Shown here one piece after another: positions 37,814 to 47,976 of a stretch of 48,403 nt of DNA (its first letter is position 1; the number at the start of each line of letters is the position of its first letter). The stretch is from Candidatus Acetothermia bacterium (GTDB lineage: Bacteria > Bipolaricaulota > Bipolaricaulia > M55B111). The position numbers were made by a program, and so were the translations under genes. The stretch lies in the NCBI GenBank assembly GCA_046543235.1, contig JBKGZT010000002.1, forward strand, positions 1 through 48,403. Reading direction: 5' to 3'. Below the pieces are notes generated by a model. That model was not told the DNA's origin. It worked only from the letters and a program-made list of their open reading frames with translations, and searched no databases.

Positions 37814-38704
37814 ATGAACGCACTGACCATAGGCGGTTCTCGTAAGTTATCTTCCGTGGCGAGTAAATTGAGAGAGAACTTCGAACGCTGGAACTATAGA
37901 GAAGTACTTCTGCCCGCGATCGAACGGGCCGGTGACAGCCTCGACAGGGGCACGAAGTTTTCGGACGGCGAAGAATACTACCTGATAAAACCGGATATCA
38001 CTTCACAGATCCTGACGAAACTGGAAAACGGGAACCGTTACAAGCTTTTTTACCTCTCTGAAGTCCTTGACGGCGGAACAAGCGGGGAATGGCAGTTCGG
38101 AGTTGAATACATCGGCGGAAACCAGAACCTGATGATCGGGGAAATTTTAAGCGCGATAATAACCGCTCTCGAAGGCCTCGGTATCGAGGATTTCTTTATC
38201 GACGTGGGCAGCAGGGAAGTCTGGGAATCGGCAACGAAGGAGATACCCCGGGCAAGGGAGGAAGTATTTCGCGCTCTCGAACAACGAAGTTTCGACAGGG
38301 TGGACGAACTGGAACTGCCCGAGGATAAGCGGGAGGAAATTTGGCAACTCTTCAACTATAGGGCCAGAGACCCCGACTACGACAGGCTCAACTCCGTCCT
38401 GAAAAAGGTTGATGACGATAGGATCTTCGCGGATTTCGGTACAGTGAGGGGGCTACCGTATTACGAAGACCTGACCTTTGAGATCTATTCACCGGAGGTC
38501 GGTTCACCACTGGGTGGAGGCGGGGAGTACAGGTTCGGGGACGAGGAATCGTGTGGGTTCGCCTTCCAGCTGGAAGAGCTGCTTGAACTCTATAAAGGAA
38601 ATGGAATCGATGAACGTCAGCAAATATCGTGTGACGCCCCCTCGAGTCTAAGCACCGCGAGGAAATTGGTAAAAGAAGGGGAATCCCTCGAGGTGAAAAA
38701 GTGA
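37814..38704 (+). CDS. hisZ: ATP phosphoribosyltransferase regulatory subunit (HisRS paralog)
   Basis: HisRS-like class-II motifs without an anticodon domain (GEWQFGVEYIG, GGGGEYRF). Sits directly upstream of, and overlaps (GTGA), a short-form hisG. Confidence 0.85.
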   Translation: MNALTIGGSRKLSSVASKLRENFERWNYREVLLPAIERAGDSLDRGTKFSDGEEYYLIKPDITSQILTKLENGNRYKLFYLSEVLDGGTSGEWQFGVEYIGGNQNLMIGEILSAIITALEGLGIEDFFIDVGSREVWESATKEIPRAREEVFRALEQRSFDRVDELELPEDKREEIWQLFNYRARDPDYDRLNSVLKKVDDDRIFADFGTVRGLPYYEDLTFEIYSPEVGSPLGGGGEYRFGDEESCGFAFQLEELLELYKGNGIDERQQISCDAPSSLSTARKLVKEGESLEVKK

Positions 38705-39318
38705 AAATAGCCCTACCGAGGGGACGGCTTCTCAAGAACTCAATCAACTTGATGAGGGAAGCGCTTCCCGACCTGAGTATCAAACAAAACAGGGAGCTAA
38801 TTCAGCAGAACGGGGAACACGAAGTTCTGCTGGCAAAACCCTCCGACGTGCCGGTTTACGTGGAAGAGGGAGCCGACCTGGGAATCACGGGCAGGGACGT
38901 CTTCAGGGAAAAAGATCCCGACGTCTTCGTCCCGATTTCACTCCCCTTCGGTCAATGCAGATTGAGCGTTGCCGTGCTGGAAGGCGACGGAACGCCGCCG
39001 GAGGAGATGGACGGTTACCGGATAGCCACTGAGTACCCACATATCACCAAAAATTACTTCGAATCAATCAGCACCACCGTCGAGATCATCGAAGTCAGTG
39101 GCTCAACGGAGCTTGCCCCCAGAGCCGGTATCGCCGACGCACTGGTTGATATAGTTCAAACCGGAAACACCCTTGCCGCCAACGGCCTTAAGGAGTCAAC
39201 GACCGTTATGAGGAGTTCCGGGCTTTTGCTGGTAAACAGAATTGCTCAGAAGACAAGGTTCGAAGAAATAAACAGGATAATATTTTCAATTCGGGAAGTG
39301 ATCCAGGATGGATCTTAG
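38701..39318 (+). CDS. hisG: ATP phosphoribosyltransferase, short form
   Basis: Motifs: [47 protein letters not shown]. 205 aa with no C-terminal regulatory domain. Confidence 0.9.
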   Translation: MKIALPRGRLLKNSINLMREALPDLSIKQNRELIQQNGEHEVLLAKPSDVPVYVEEGADLGITGRDVFREKDPDVFVPISLPFGQCRLSVAVLEGDGTPPEEMDGYRIATEYPHITKNYFESISTTVEIIEVSGSTELAPRAGIADALVDIVQTGNTLAANGLKESTTVMRSSGLLLVNRIAQKTRFEEINRIIFSIREVIQDGS

Positions 39319-40450
39319 GGCTTACGTAGACGACATACTCGCCGACGTCCGGGCGGAAGGAAAGAAAGCAGTTAAAGATTACTCCAGGAAATTCGACAAC
39401 TACGGCGGGCCACTCGAATGGGAAAATGAAGAGTCGGACTCCGGAGGAAAGATACCGGAAGAGGATGCGAAAACGATAAAGAAAATCGTCGAAAGGGTCA
39501 GAAACTTCCATGAACGGCAGTACCCCGAAGACGATCTTTTCCTGCATAACGGTTCCCTCTACGGCCTGATTTACAGGTCGATCGAGAGGATAGGGCTCTA
39601 CGTCCCCGGCGGCCGGCCCCTTCCCTCCAGCCTGATTATGTCCGGGGTGCCGGCGAGGATAGCCGGCGTGGAGGAAATGGTCCTGGTAACCCCTCCGGAC
39701 GAGAACGGAGAAATCGACCCGTACGTCCTTTATACGGCCGATTTACTTGGAATCGAGGAAGTCTACAGGGTTGGCGGTGCACAGGCGATCGGTGCATTAG
39801 CCTACGGAGCCGGCACCCCCGCAGTAGATAAGATCTTCGGACCTGGAAACAAGTACGTCAACGAAGCGAAGAGGCAGGTTTACGGTGAAGTCGGAATAGA
39901 CGGCCTTGCCGGCCCATCAGAGGTCTGCGTTGTTGCAGATAGAACGGCCGCTAAGGATGAAGTGCTCGCCGACCTGAAATCCCAGCTCGAACACGGGGAA
40001 GACGCCCGCGCCTGGTTGTTGACGACCTCCGAAGAGCTTTCCGACTACTGCAATCGGAAAGGGATCGAGGTGGAACTCAAGGGAACCCTGAACGATTGTA
40101 TCGAGAAGGCGAACGAGATCGCCCCGGAACATCTCGAGATCAAGACGCGACAGCCGATTAAACTGATGGAATCCGTGAGGAACGCGGGAGCGGTCTACCT
40201 CGGACGTTTTACACCCTCGGCCGCGGCCGATTACTTTCTGGGCACGAATCACGTTCTTCCCACGGGAGGTTCGGCACGTTTCAATTCGGTCCTGACTGTG
40301 CGTGACTTTCTAAAGCCGATCAGCTTCGGCTGGACCGAGGAAGAGGAATTCAAAGACCACAGCGAACTCGGTGAGAGGATGGCGGAGATAGAAGGTATGA
40401 CCGAACACAAAGAAGCTTTAGAGGTGAGAAAAAATGAAGAGGAGAACTGA
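39308..40450 (+). CDS. hisD: Histidinol dehydrogenase
   Basis: Motifs: [45 protein letters not shown]. Has the His/Zn-site region. Confidence 0.95.
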   Translation: MDLRAYVDDILADVRAEGKKAVKDYSRKFDNYGGPLEWENEESDSGGKIPEEDAKTIKKIVERVRNFHERQYPEDDLFLHNGSLYGLIYRSIERIGLYVPGGRPLPSSLIMSGVPARIAGVEEMVLVTPPDENGEIDPYVLYTADLLGIEEVYRVGGAQAIGALAYGAGTPAVDKIFGPGNKYVNEAKRQVYGEVGIDGLAGPSEVCVVADRTAAKDEVLADLKSQLEHGEDARAWLLTTSEELSDYCNRKGIEVELKGTLNDCIEKANEIAPEHLEIKTRQPIKLMESVRNAGAVYLGRFTPSAAADYFLGTNHVLPTGGSARFNSVLTVRDFLKPISFGWTEEEEFKDHSELGERMAEIEGMTEHKEALEVRKNEEEN

Positions 40451-40970
40451 AGAGGTAGTCGTCGAAATTAGCCTCAGCGAGGAAGGCCAGTCGGTCGAAA
40501 CCGGCGATGACGTCCTGGATCACCTGCTGGAAACCCTGCTGTTCTATATGGAGATTCCGGGAACGGTCCAGGCAAACGGAGACCTGCCCCACCACCTCTG
40601 GGAGGATACCGGAATCCTGTTCGGCCGCGCGCTGCGGGAAGAGGTTGAAACATCCAAGACGGCTCGCTTCGGCAGCGCGCTCATCCCGATGGACGAAGCG
40701 CTCGTTCTCTGTGCGGTGGACATCAGCAGACCATTTTTGAACTTCGACATGGAATCCCCCGTCGAGGAAGAGGGCTTTTCGGCGGTCCTGCCTCGACAGT
40801 TCCTTTCCGGCCTGACGAGGTCGCTGGAAGCAACCCTGCACCTCAAACGGCTGGAGGGAAGAAATTCCCACCACGTGGTCGAAGCCGGGTTCAAGGCGCT
40901 CGGTATATCCCTAGCTAAAGCACTTGAAATTGCAGATGGAACCCGGAGCACCAAGGGGTGGCTAAGATGA
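40434..40970 (+). CDS. hisB: Imidazoleglycerol-phosphate dehydratase (monofunctional, no phosphatase domain)
   Basis: Motifs: [55 protein letters not shown]. Only 178 aa. Confidence 0.9.
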   Translation: MKRRTEEVVVEISLSEEGQSVETGDDVLDHLLETLLFYMEIPGTVQANGDLPHHLWEDTGILFGRALREEVETSKTARFGSALIPMDEALVLCAVDISRPFLNFDMESPVEEEGFSAVLPRQFLSGLTRSLEATLHLKRLEGRNSHHVVEAGFKALGISLAKALEIADGTRSTKGWLR

Positions 40971-41554
40971 TCGCGATAGTGGATCTCGGCGTTGGGAATT
41001 TTTCCAACGTGGAAAAGGCCCTGGATGGGATCGTGACGAACGAACCGGAGGCAATTCTTTCGGCCGAGAGGATCGTCCTGCCCGGAGTAGGAAACTTTGG
41101 GGAAGTTACGGAGGAACTTAACCGGCTCAGGCCGGTCCTGCTAGAGAAAATATCCAGAGGAACTCCTTTTCTGGGGATCTGCCTCGGGACTCAGCTTCTC
41201 TTCCCGAGCAGCTGTGAAGACGAGGGTAGAGGTCTGGGTGTCTTGGACGGGAAGGTCGTCAATCTACCCGAAGAAGCGGCTCCACATATTGGATGGAACC
41301 AGGTTTTTTTCGAAAAAAAATCTCCTCTGTTCGAGGGTATACAGCCGGGGACTTACTTCTATTTCGTCCACTCTTACCGCGTCGAGCCGCAGTCAGAAGC
41401 CGTTATAACTGCTCATACCGATTTCAGTGCCGGCCAGGAGGCCGGAAGCTTCCCCTCTGCGGTTGAAAAGGAGAACGTATTCGGAGTGCAGTTCCACCCG
41501 GAGAAATCCGGCGAGGCCGGAATCCGGGTTTTGAAGAACTTCAAGGAGTTTTAG
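40967..41554 (+). CDS. hisH: Imidazole glycerol phosphate synthase, glutamine amidotransferase subunit
   Basis: Motifs: [38 protein letters not shown] 40967 overlaps the hisB stop (ATGA) and has an AAGGGGTGG RBS. The track start is GTG 40958. Confidence 0.9.
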   Translation: MIAIVDLGVGNFSNVEKALDGIVTNEPEAILSAERIVLPGVGNFGEVTEELNRLRPVLLEKISRGTPFLGICLGTQLLFPSSCEDEGRGLGVLDGKVVNLPEEAAPHIGWNQVFFEKKSPLFEGIQPGTYFYFVHSYRVEPQSEAVITAHTDFSAGQEAGSFPSAVEKENVFGVQFHPEKSGEAGIRVLKNFKEF

Positions 41555-41556
41555 TC

Positions 41557-42261
41557 GTGAATATATATCCCGCAATTGACCTGCTTGACGGAAAAGTTGT
41601 TAGGCTGGAGGAAGGGAACAGGGAGGAGAAAAAAACTTACGGTCCGCCGCTGGAATTTGCCCGGAAATTTGCACGCCACGTCGACACGCTTCACGTAGTC
41701 GACCTGAACGGTGCTTTTTCCGGCAAACCGGGGAACTTCGACGTCGTGAGGAAAATCCTTGCAGAATCCGGAGTGGACGTCCAGCTCGGGGGAGGGATCC
41801 GGACCCTGGAAACACTAAGGAAGGTCGAGAATCTGGGGGTCAAGAACGCGATAATCGGCTCGAAGGCAAGCGATCTGGAGTTCCTGGGGCGTGCGGCGGA
41901 AGTTCACGACGGACTGACTGTCAGCCTGGACATCGGCGAGGAGGGCCTGATGATTGAAGGTTGGAAGAAGAGTGGTTCGCTGACGCCAAAAAAGGCCTTC
42001 CGGAAGGCCCGGGAGCACGTCAAAAGGTTCGTGGTTACGGCCGTCAACCGCGACGGTAAGCTCGACGGGATTGCCGACTTGAATTCTTTCCGGGAGAAAA
42101 GAGAGGTAGAGCTAATTTACGCGGGAGGTGTAACTGCCTTGGAGGATCTGTACGAACTCGAAAAACGAGGTTTCGATGGGGCAATAATAGGCAAAGCCCT
42201 TTACGAGAATAAAATAAATCTGGAGGAAGCCGTCAGGGCCGGCAAAAACAATGCTGGCTAA
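41557..42261 (+). CDS. hisA: ProFAR isomerase
   Basis: AAGGAG RBS and GTG start. Motifs: IYPAIDLLDGKVVRL, VDLNGA, QLGGGIR, GAIIGKALY. Confidence 0.9.
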   Translation: MNIYPAIDLLDGKVVRLEEGNREEKKTYGPPLEFARKFARHVDTLHVVDLNGAFSGKPGNFDVVRKILAESGVDVQLGGGIRTLETLRKVENLGVKNAIIGSKASDLEFLGRAAEVHDGLTVSLDIGEEGLMIEGWKKSGSLTPKKAFRKAREHVKRFVVTAVNRDGKLDGIADLNSFREKREVELIYAGGVTALEDLYELEKRGFDGAIIGKALYENKINLEEAVRAGKNNAG

Positions 42262-43009
42262 GAGAATAATAGCGGCGCTTGACGTCAGAAAAGGGCGGGT
42301 AGTAAAAGGGATAAAGTTCAAAGAAATCAGTGACGCTGGCGATCCCGTCGAAATGGGCAAGCAATACGAGGCGGAAGGTATCGACGAGCTGGTCTTTCTG
42401 GATATAACCGCCTCCCACGAAAACAGGGAAACGCTGATGGACCTGGTAGAAAAAGTCGGGCGGGAACTGCATGTTCCTTTTACAGTCGGCGGCGGAGTTC
42501 GCACCGTCGAAGACGTAAAGAAGCTGACCCGAAAAGGAGCGGACAAGGTATTCATAAACACGGCGGCCGTGGAGAGACCTGAATTGATCGAGAGAGCATC
42601 GCGGGTAATCGGCAGCGCAAATTTGGTGATTGCAATAGACGCCAAAAGAGAATCCGATCGCTGGAGGGTTTATACACACGGAGGACGGGAATCACGGAAT
42701 CTCGGAGCGGTCGAGTGGGCGCGCCGGGTAGAAAGCCTGGGTGCGGGGGAAATACTGCTGACCTCGATGGATCGGGACGGTACGAAGGAGGGCTACGATC
42801 TGGCACTGACGACGGCAATTACCGATTCAGTGGATTTACCGGTAATCGCTTCCGGTGGTGCGGGAAAGCCCGAGCACTTCGTCGACGCCTTTAATTCCGG
42901 TTCGGATGCCTGTCTCGCCGCCTCGATCTTCCACTACGGAGAATACACGGTCAGCGAAGTCAAAGAGAGGGTTTCCGGGGAGGGTCTGAATGTCAGAAAA
43001 ATTAGATGA
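42251..43009 (+). CDS. hisF: Imidazole glycerol phosphate synthase, cyclase subunit
   Basis: Motifs: [51 protein letters not shown]. Confidence 0.95.
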   Translation: MLAKRIIAALDVRKGRVVKGIKFKEISDAGDPVEMGKQYEAEGIDELVFLDITASHENRETLMDLVEKVGRELHVPFTVGGGVRTVEDVKKLTRKGADKVFINTAAVERPELIERASRVIGSANLVIAIDAKRESDRWRVYTHGGRESRNLGAVEWARRVESLGAGEILLTSMDRDGTKEGYDLALTTAITDSVDLPVIASGGAGKPEHFVDAFNSGSDACLAASIFHYGEYTVSEVKERVSGEGLNVRKIR

Positions 43010-43625
43010 ACTCATGGAGACCGTAAACTGGGACGAGGACGGGCTGATACCCGCAATCGCACAAAGTTCCGAGGGCAATGTACTCACGCTGGCCTACATG
43101 GACGAAGAGGCGCTCGAGCTAACCCTTTCTACCGGCTACGGTCACTACTATTCGCGAAGCAAAAAACGGATCAGAAAGAAGGGGGAAGTCAGCGGAAACA
43201 CCCAGGAAGTTAGAGAGGTTAGGATCGACTGTGACGGGGATGCCCTGTTGCTCGTCGTGGACCAGAATGGGCCCGCCTGTCATACCGGCGAGGAGAGCTG
43301 TTTTTACCGGAAGCTCGGAGCACCGAAAGTCGAGGAGTCGAGTTTAGATTATTCGTTAAACGTCCTGAAGGAGCTGGAAGAACTGGTAAGGAAGCGGAAC
43401 GAATCCAGGCCGGAGGACTCTTACACGGCCAAACTCTTCCGTAAAGGTAGCGGAAATATTCGAAAGAAGGTCGGCGAGGAGGCGGTTGAGGTGGTCGTCT
43501 CTTCGAACAGGCAGGAGTTGATCTCCGAAACCGCGGACCTGCTCTACCATCTGCTCGTCCTTCTCAGAGATCAGGGTGTCGAGTTGGCGGAAGTTATGGC
43601 TAAACTGGAGGAAAGGCGGGGATGA
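42990..43625 (+). CDS. hisI: Bifunctional phosphoribosyl-AMP cyclohydrolase / phosphoribosyl-ATP pyrophosphatase
   Basis: Motifs: [35 protein letters not shown], and C..G..SCF (HisI). This is followed by a HisE helix pair ([24 protein letters not shown]). Confidence 0.9.
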   Translation: MSEKLDELMETVNWDEDGLIPAIAQSSEGNVLTLAYMDEEALELTLSTGYGHYYSRSKKRIRKKGEVSGNTQEVREVRIDCDGDALLLVVDQNGPACHTGEESCFYRKLGAPKVEESSLDYSLNVLKELEELVRKRNESRPEDSYTAKLFRKGSGNIRKKVGEEAVEVVVSSNRQELISETADLLYHLLVLLRDQGVELAEVMAKLEERRG

Positions 43626-44650
43626 AGTACCGTGATGCCATAAAAGGCTTTTCTTCCTATGACTCAACAAGGGTAGATGCCGAGATTAGATTGGACAAGA
43701 ACGAGTCGCCCTTTTCTCTACCGGGGGAAATTCGAGACCGGGTCTTCGAGGAAATTCGTGACCTGTCTCTTAACAGATACCCGGACGCGACCTCGGACGA
43801 ACTGCGTCGGAAGCTGGCGGACTTCCACGATTTGGACAGGAGCAACGTGGTCCTGGGAAGCGGCTCGGACCAGATGATCTCCTATGCCGTTCAGCTCTTC
43901 CCCGGAAACCGTGCGGTAATTGCGCCCCCGACGTTCTCAATGTACCGCTTCTACTCTGAGCTGGCGGGTTTCGAAATAAAAGAAGTGCCGTTGGCCGAGG
44001 ACTACGAGCTCAGACTGGGAGAAATAAAGAACAACCTGGACGACGCGGGGCTTGTTTTCCTCTGTTCTCCCAACAACCCTACTGGAAATCGGGTCAAGCA
44101 AGAAAAGTTGATCGAGCTACTCGAAACGGGAAAGCCGCTCGTTCTGGACGAAGCCTACGTCGAGTTTTCCGGAGATTCACAGGCTAAATTAATTGAGGAC
44201 TTCGAAAACCTGATCGTTCTTCGGACCTTTTCCAAAGGGTTCGGCCTGGCGGGTGCAAGGATTGGATACGCGATCGCGGCTGAGAAGACGGCGGAGAAAT
44301 TACTCAGGGTGAAACCTCCCTACAACCTGAGCTCCATATCGGCAAGGATCGCCGAGGTGGCTCTGGAAAACTACGGGGTAATTCAGGAAAGATTGGACCT
44401 CATAGTTGAAGAACGGGAGAGAATCTACGGGGAATTTTCGGAGTTCGCGGGCCGAAGCGAGGCCAACTTCCTGCTAATGGATCTGGACGCCGCCGACTTT
44501 CTGGAGTCGAGAGGAATAGCGGTTAGAGAGTTTTCCGGGCGGCTTGCCGATAAGATAAGGATAACGGTCGGGACGAAATCGGAAAACGACAAGCTAATTG
44601 GCGCGTTAAGGGACTACGTCCAAACATTGAACGGCCAAAAGGGGGAATAA
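43622..44650 (+). CDS. hisC: Histidinol-phosphate aminotransferase
   Basis: Motifs: [42 protein letters not shown] (PLP lysine). ATGA overlap with the hisIE stop. Confidence 0.9.
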   Translation: MKYRDAIKGFSSYDSTRVDAEIRLDKNESPFSLPGEIRDRVFEEIRDLSLNRYPDATSDELRRKLADFHDLDRSNVVLGSGSDQMISYAVQLFPGNRAVIAPPTFSMYRFYSELAGFEIKEVPLAEDYELRLGEIKNNLDDAGLVFLCSPNNPTGNRVKQEKLIELLETGKPLVLDEAYVEFSGDSQAKLIEDFENLIVLRTFSKGFGLAGARIGYAIAAEKTAEKLLRVKPPYNLSSISARIAEVALENYGVIQERLDLIVEERERIYGEFSEFAGRSEANFLLMDLDAADFLESRGIAVREFSGRLADKIRITVGTKSENDKLIGALRDYVQTLNGQKGE

Positions 44651-44651
44651 T

Positions 44652-45419
44652 ATGACGCAAATCGAAGAGATTAACCGGGAGACGGTAGAGGGCTGGAAGT
44701 GGGTGGTGCTCGACATCGACGGCGTTCTTATAGACCCGAGCGACAGCTACGATAGGGCCGTCAAGCAAACGGGGGAACTCCTGCTGTCAAAAATGGGCAT
44801 CGACGAAAAGATCGGACTGGAAACCGTTCGATCCTTCCGAAAGAAGGGAAGGTTCGGCGACGACTACAAGGTTACCGAAGGGCTGATTCTGGCCCAAATG
44901 TCCGGAGATCTCGAAGGGTTTGTCTCCGATTTCCCCCGGGGGGAAGATCTGAACTGGATCAGAAACCGGGTCGGCGAAAAAATCGGCAGAGGAAAGGTAA
45001 AGAAAAGGTTCGACAGGTTTTACTTCGGGGAAAACAATCCGGAAAACATAGCCGAATCTGACGGGTTTTGGAGGCGAGAAAAGCCACTGGTCGATACCGA
45101 TCTCCTGGAAAGGATAGAGGAAAACTCTTGCTTTGGTTACATCACGGGAAGGAGCCGGGAGGAAATCGCTCTGGCCGAAGAAATCCTGGACTATCAGTTA
45201 CGAAACGTCGTCACCAGGGACGAGTACCAGAAACCCGACCCGAGAGCTCTGACATCTCTGGTCGACGGCGATAGCGGCGTATACATCGGTGATACCTATA
45301 ATGACAAACTGCTCGTCGACAATTTCAACAAAAGCGGGGGAGACTTCTCCTTCGTAGCCATCGATGAAAACATGGAAACCAACGATGTCTTGGAGAGGAT
45401 TCTCAACTGGAAAATGTGA
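44652..45419 (+). CDS. HAD-superfamily (subfamily IA-like) hydrolase; candidate histidinol-phosphate phosphatase
   Basis: HAD motif I VVLDIDGVL, motif II YITGRS, motif III QKPDP, motif IV IGDTYNDKL. It starts 2 nt after the hisC stop and is the last gene of the his operon. Confidence 0.7.
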   Translation: MTQIEEINRETVEGWKWVVLDIDGVLIDPSDSYDRAVKQTGELLLSKMGIDEKIGLETVRSFRKKGRFGDDYKVTEGLILAQMSGDLEGFVSDFPRGEDLNWIRNRVGEKIGRGKVKKRFDRFYFGENNPENIAESDGFWRREKPLVDTDLLERIEENSCFGYITGRSREEIALAEEILDYQLRNVVTRDEYQKPDPRALTSLVDGDSGVYIGDTYNDKLLVDNFNKSGGDFSFVAIDENMETNDVLERILNWKM

Positions 45420-45436
45420 TTTGACTTGGAACTTCC

Positions 45437-45509
45437 ACCTCTACCAAAGCAATCTGATTGCCGGCTAAACTAGTCGTTACCTGGATTAACCATGGTGAAA
45501 GAATTGAGA
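45437..45509. repeat. Intergenic repeat, copy 2 (carries a ~28 nt internal insertion relative to copy 1)
   Basis: ACCTCTACCAAAGCAATCTGATT[gccggctaaactagtcgttacctggatt]AACCATGGTGAAAGAATTGAGA, located between the convergent HAD gene and pgl 3' ends. Same orientation as copy 1. Confidence 0.55.
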
Positions 45510-45569
45510 TGAGTCAAACTTCAGTAAGATTCGACGGGTCCCAACCGTCGAGAGCACAGTTGGGGCAAC

Positions 45570-46307
45570 TTATCCCATTAGATTAGTAATTACGAAAGTC
45601 TCCCGGGTCCTTCCGGCGACCGCCAGCTTACAGGGACAGTCATCAATGGTATTTTCCCCGTTTTTGAAACACCTATAGGCCTCTCGTTTCTCCTCTCCGA
45701 TGAAGAAGAGAAAAGGATAAAGCGAACTTTTGATTAAACCTGGAGAAACAGTTATCCTTTCATTCGGTGGTTTCGGAGAGTCCTTGACAAGCAAAAAATC
45801 CTCTTCCGACCTTAACTGCTGGCTACCGGGAAAGAGGGAACCCACGTGACCGTCGGACCCGACGCCGAGTACCGGTAAATGGATTAACCCCCCGGATACC
45901 CGGCCAAGCTCCCTCGAGTATTCCTTCACGGATTCCCCCGGTTCGTTAGTTTCCCCGGGAAACCTGTGCACGTTCGCCTCCTTTATCAGGCCTTCCTCCA
46001 TCATGTCATCCAGGAACAGATCCCGCGCCAGGCGGTAATTACTTTCTGACGATTCAGGATGAACAAGCCTTTCGTCGGTCCAGAAAAAATGGAGCCTCTT
46101 CCACTCGGCCTGGTTCAGCGACTCGGCTTGGTCGGGAATTGCTCGATAAAAAGGTTGAACTGAGCGACCTCCGGGCAGAGAGACCACTACCCGCCGGTGT
46201 TCGGCCAGTAGCTCCTTCGCCTTACCCAGAAACCGCTCGGCCGTCTTTTCACCCAGTTTATCCTCGTCCTCGTCGAAAATCTTTTTTACGTCCGTCACCC
46301 TGTTCAA
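45570..46307 (-). CDS. pgl: 6-phosphogluconolactonase
   Basis: Motifs: SLPGGRS, W.RLHFFWTDERLV, LGVGSDGHVGSLFPG. TTG start 8 nt after GGAGG. Downstream of zwf. Confidence 0.85.
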   Translation of the reverse strand: MNRVTDVKKIFDEDEDKLGEKTAERFLGKAKELLAEHRRVVVSLPGGRSVQPFYRAIPDQAESLNQAEWKRLHFFWTDERLVHPESSESNYRLARDLFLDDMMEEGLIKEANVHRFPGETNEPGESVKEYSRELGRVSGGLIHLPVLGVGSDGHVGSLFPGSQQLRSEEDFLLVKDSPKPPNERITVSPGLIKSSLYPFLFFIGEEKREAYRCFKNGENTIDDCPCKLAVAGRTRETFVITNLMG

Positions 46308-46355
46308 CCAAAAAACCTCCGCTTTCGGGTGGTTTGTGTCGGGTAATCGTTCGGA

Positions 46356-47714
46356 TCAAGACGACGTTTTCTCCAGCTCATGCCATTCTCCCTCCTCCAT
46401 AAACTCCTCCACTTCTCTGGGGGCCTCGCCTGATTCGTACCTGAACGGCTCGGGTACTTCCATCCTCTCCACTATCCTCCACTGTTCCTCTATTTCGTCG
46501 TACCTGACGAACGAACGCTGATCCCCGGCGATAGCCTGCGCCAGCAGGTTCTCATAAGCGCTCGGGGTGTTGGGACCATGATGACAGGAATGACAGAACT
46601 CCATCAACGCCGGCTCCGTGTTCATTCGACCGGGCACTTTGGTATTTATGGTAAAATATATGCCCTGGTTCGGCTGGATGTTCACGACGAGAGAGTTAGG
46701 CACGAGGTCGCCATCGCCGGCCGGATAGCCCACTTGAGAATGGTCAAACTCTATATAAACCTGGGCGTACTTTCGGACCATGTTCTTCCCGGAGAGAAGA
46801 TAGAACGGCACGTCCCCCCATCGCGGGTTATCGATATTGGCTTTGACAGCCACCAGGGTCTCCGTGTTCGAATCTTCAGAAACCCCCTCCTCTTTTCTGT
46901 AGCCCCGGTACTGCCCGATTATCGCGTTCTTCACCTTCACCTGTTTCAACACGCGGACCTTCTCATCCCTAATCGATTTGGCGTCCATGTTCTCCGGATG
47001 AGCCATTCCAACCAGGGACAGGAGCTGGAGCAGGTGGCTCTGGAAGAAATCCTTGACCGCGCCGTACCTGTCGTAGAACTCTCCCCTGTCCAGGACTCCA
47101 AAATTCTCGCTGGCTACTATCTGGACGTGATTGACCGAACCGGACGTGAGGAGCGGATCGATGATCGAATTGGAAAAACGCAGGACGGAGAGGTTTCCGA
47201 CCAGTTCCTTGTCCAGGTAATGATCGATACGATATATTTTTTCCTCCGGGAAGAGATCCCCTATACAGCTATTCAGCTCCCGTGCGGATTCGAGGTCGTC
47301 CCCAAAAGGTTTTTCGTAAAGAACCTTGGACTCATCATTTACCATGTCCTGGTTTGCCAAGTTATCGGTAATTATGTCGAAATGCTGGGGCAGGGTCGCG
47401 AGGTAGAATAGTCGGTGATCACCACAGTCCAGCAGCTCCCGGCGTAGATTTTCGTAGTCATCGGGCTCGTAGAAATTCAGTCGGGAAAAACGGATATGGC
47501 GGCGGAACTCCTCCCATTCCTTGCCCTTCTCCATCGAAGCCCCGACCCTTTTTACGTACTCCTCTCTCGTCAGGTCGCTCCGCGAGGTCCCAATTAAGTC
47601 AAAATCACCGATCTCATCCCTTTTGAAGAGCTTAAACAGGGAAGGTACGAGTTTGGAACGGGCCAGGTCGCCCGTCCCTCCCAGAATGACGAAGGTAACT
47701 CCCGGTTCACTCAT
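46356..47714 (-). CDS. zwf: Glucose-6-phosphate 1-dehydrogenase
   Basis: Motifs: FVILGGTGDLARSKLVPSLF, EKPFG, YRIDHYLDKE, HLLQLL. Confidence 0.9.
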   Translation of the reverse strand: MSEPGVTFVILGGTGDLARSKLVPSLFKLFKRDEIGDFDLIGTSRSDLTREEYVKRVGASMEKGKEWEEFRRHIRFSRLNFYEPDDYENLRRELLDCGDHRLFYLATLPQHFDIITDNLANQDMVNDESKVLYEKPFGDDLESARELNSCIGDLFPEEKIYRIDHYLDKELVGNLSVLRFSNSIIDPLLTSGSVNHVQIVASENFGVLDRGEFYDRYGAVKDFFQSHLLQLLSLVGMAHPENMDAKSIRDEKVRVLKQVKVKNAIIGQYRGYRKEEGVSEDSNTETLVAVKANIDNPRWGDVPFYLLSGKNMVRKYAQVYIEFDHSQVGYPAGDGDLVPNSLVVNIQPNQGIYFTINTKVPGRMNTEPALMEFCHSCHHGPNTPSAYENLLAQAIAGDQRSFVRYDEIEEQWRIVERMEVPEPFRYESGEAPREVEEFMEEGEWHELEKTSS

Positions 47715-47754
47715 GCAGTCTCCCTAAAGAGATCTAACCCTAAAGATTGACTCC

Positions 47755-47976
47755 TCACTCCTCCTCTTCGAGCGTATCCACTCCGAGAGCGGAATAGACG
47801 CCACAACTCCTCGTGCTTCCGGTCGCGAAAGCAATTACTCCAAGGACCAGGAATACGATTTCAAGAACCAGACTCATCGACAGGATATCAACCAGGCCAA
47901 GTATTCCGACCAGGACCAGTATCAATCCCAGCCTGCTTCTGATCTTACTGTCCAGTTTGCCGACGTTCTTCTTCAT
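47755..47976 (-). CDS. Small membrane protein, DUF2892 (YgaP-like TM domain) family
   Basis: NVGKLDSKIRSRLGLILVLVG N-terminal motif, two hydrophobic helices and a C...Y..LG..T tail, typical of DUF2892 as I recall it. Confidence 0.55.
   Translation of the reverse strand: MKKNVGKLDSKIRSRLGLILVLVGILGLVDILSMSLVLEIVFLVLGVIAFATGSTRSCGVYSALGVDTLEEEE

Noticed and set aside
46578-47411. 277 aa ORF on the plus strand
   Set aside because: It is entirely antisense to the well-supported zwf gene. It has low-complexity, Arg/Leu/Val-rich composition and no RBS. It is a shadow ORF typical of this GC content.
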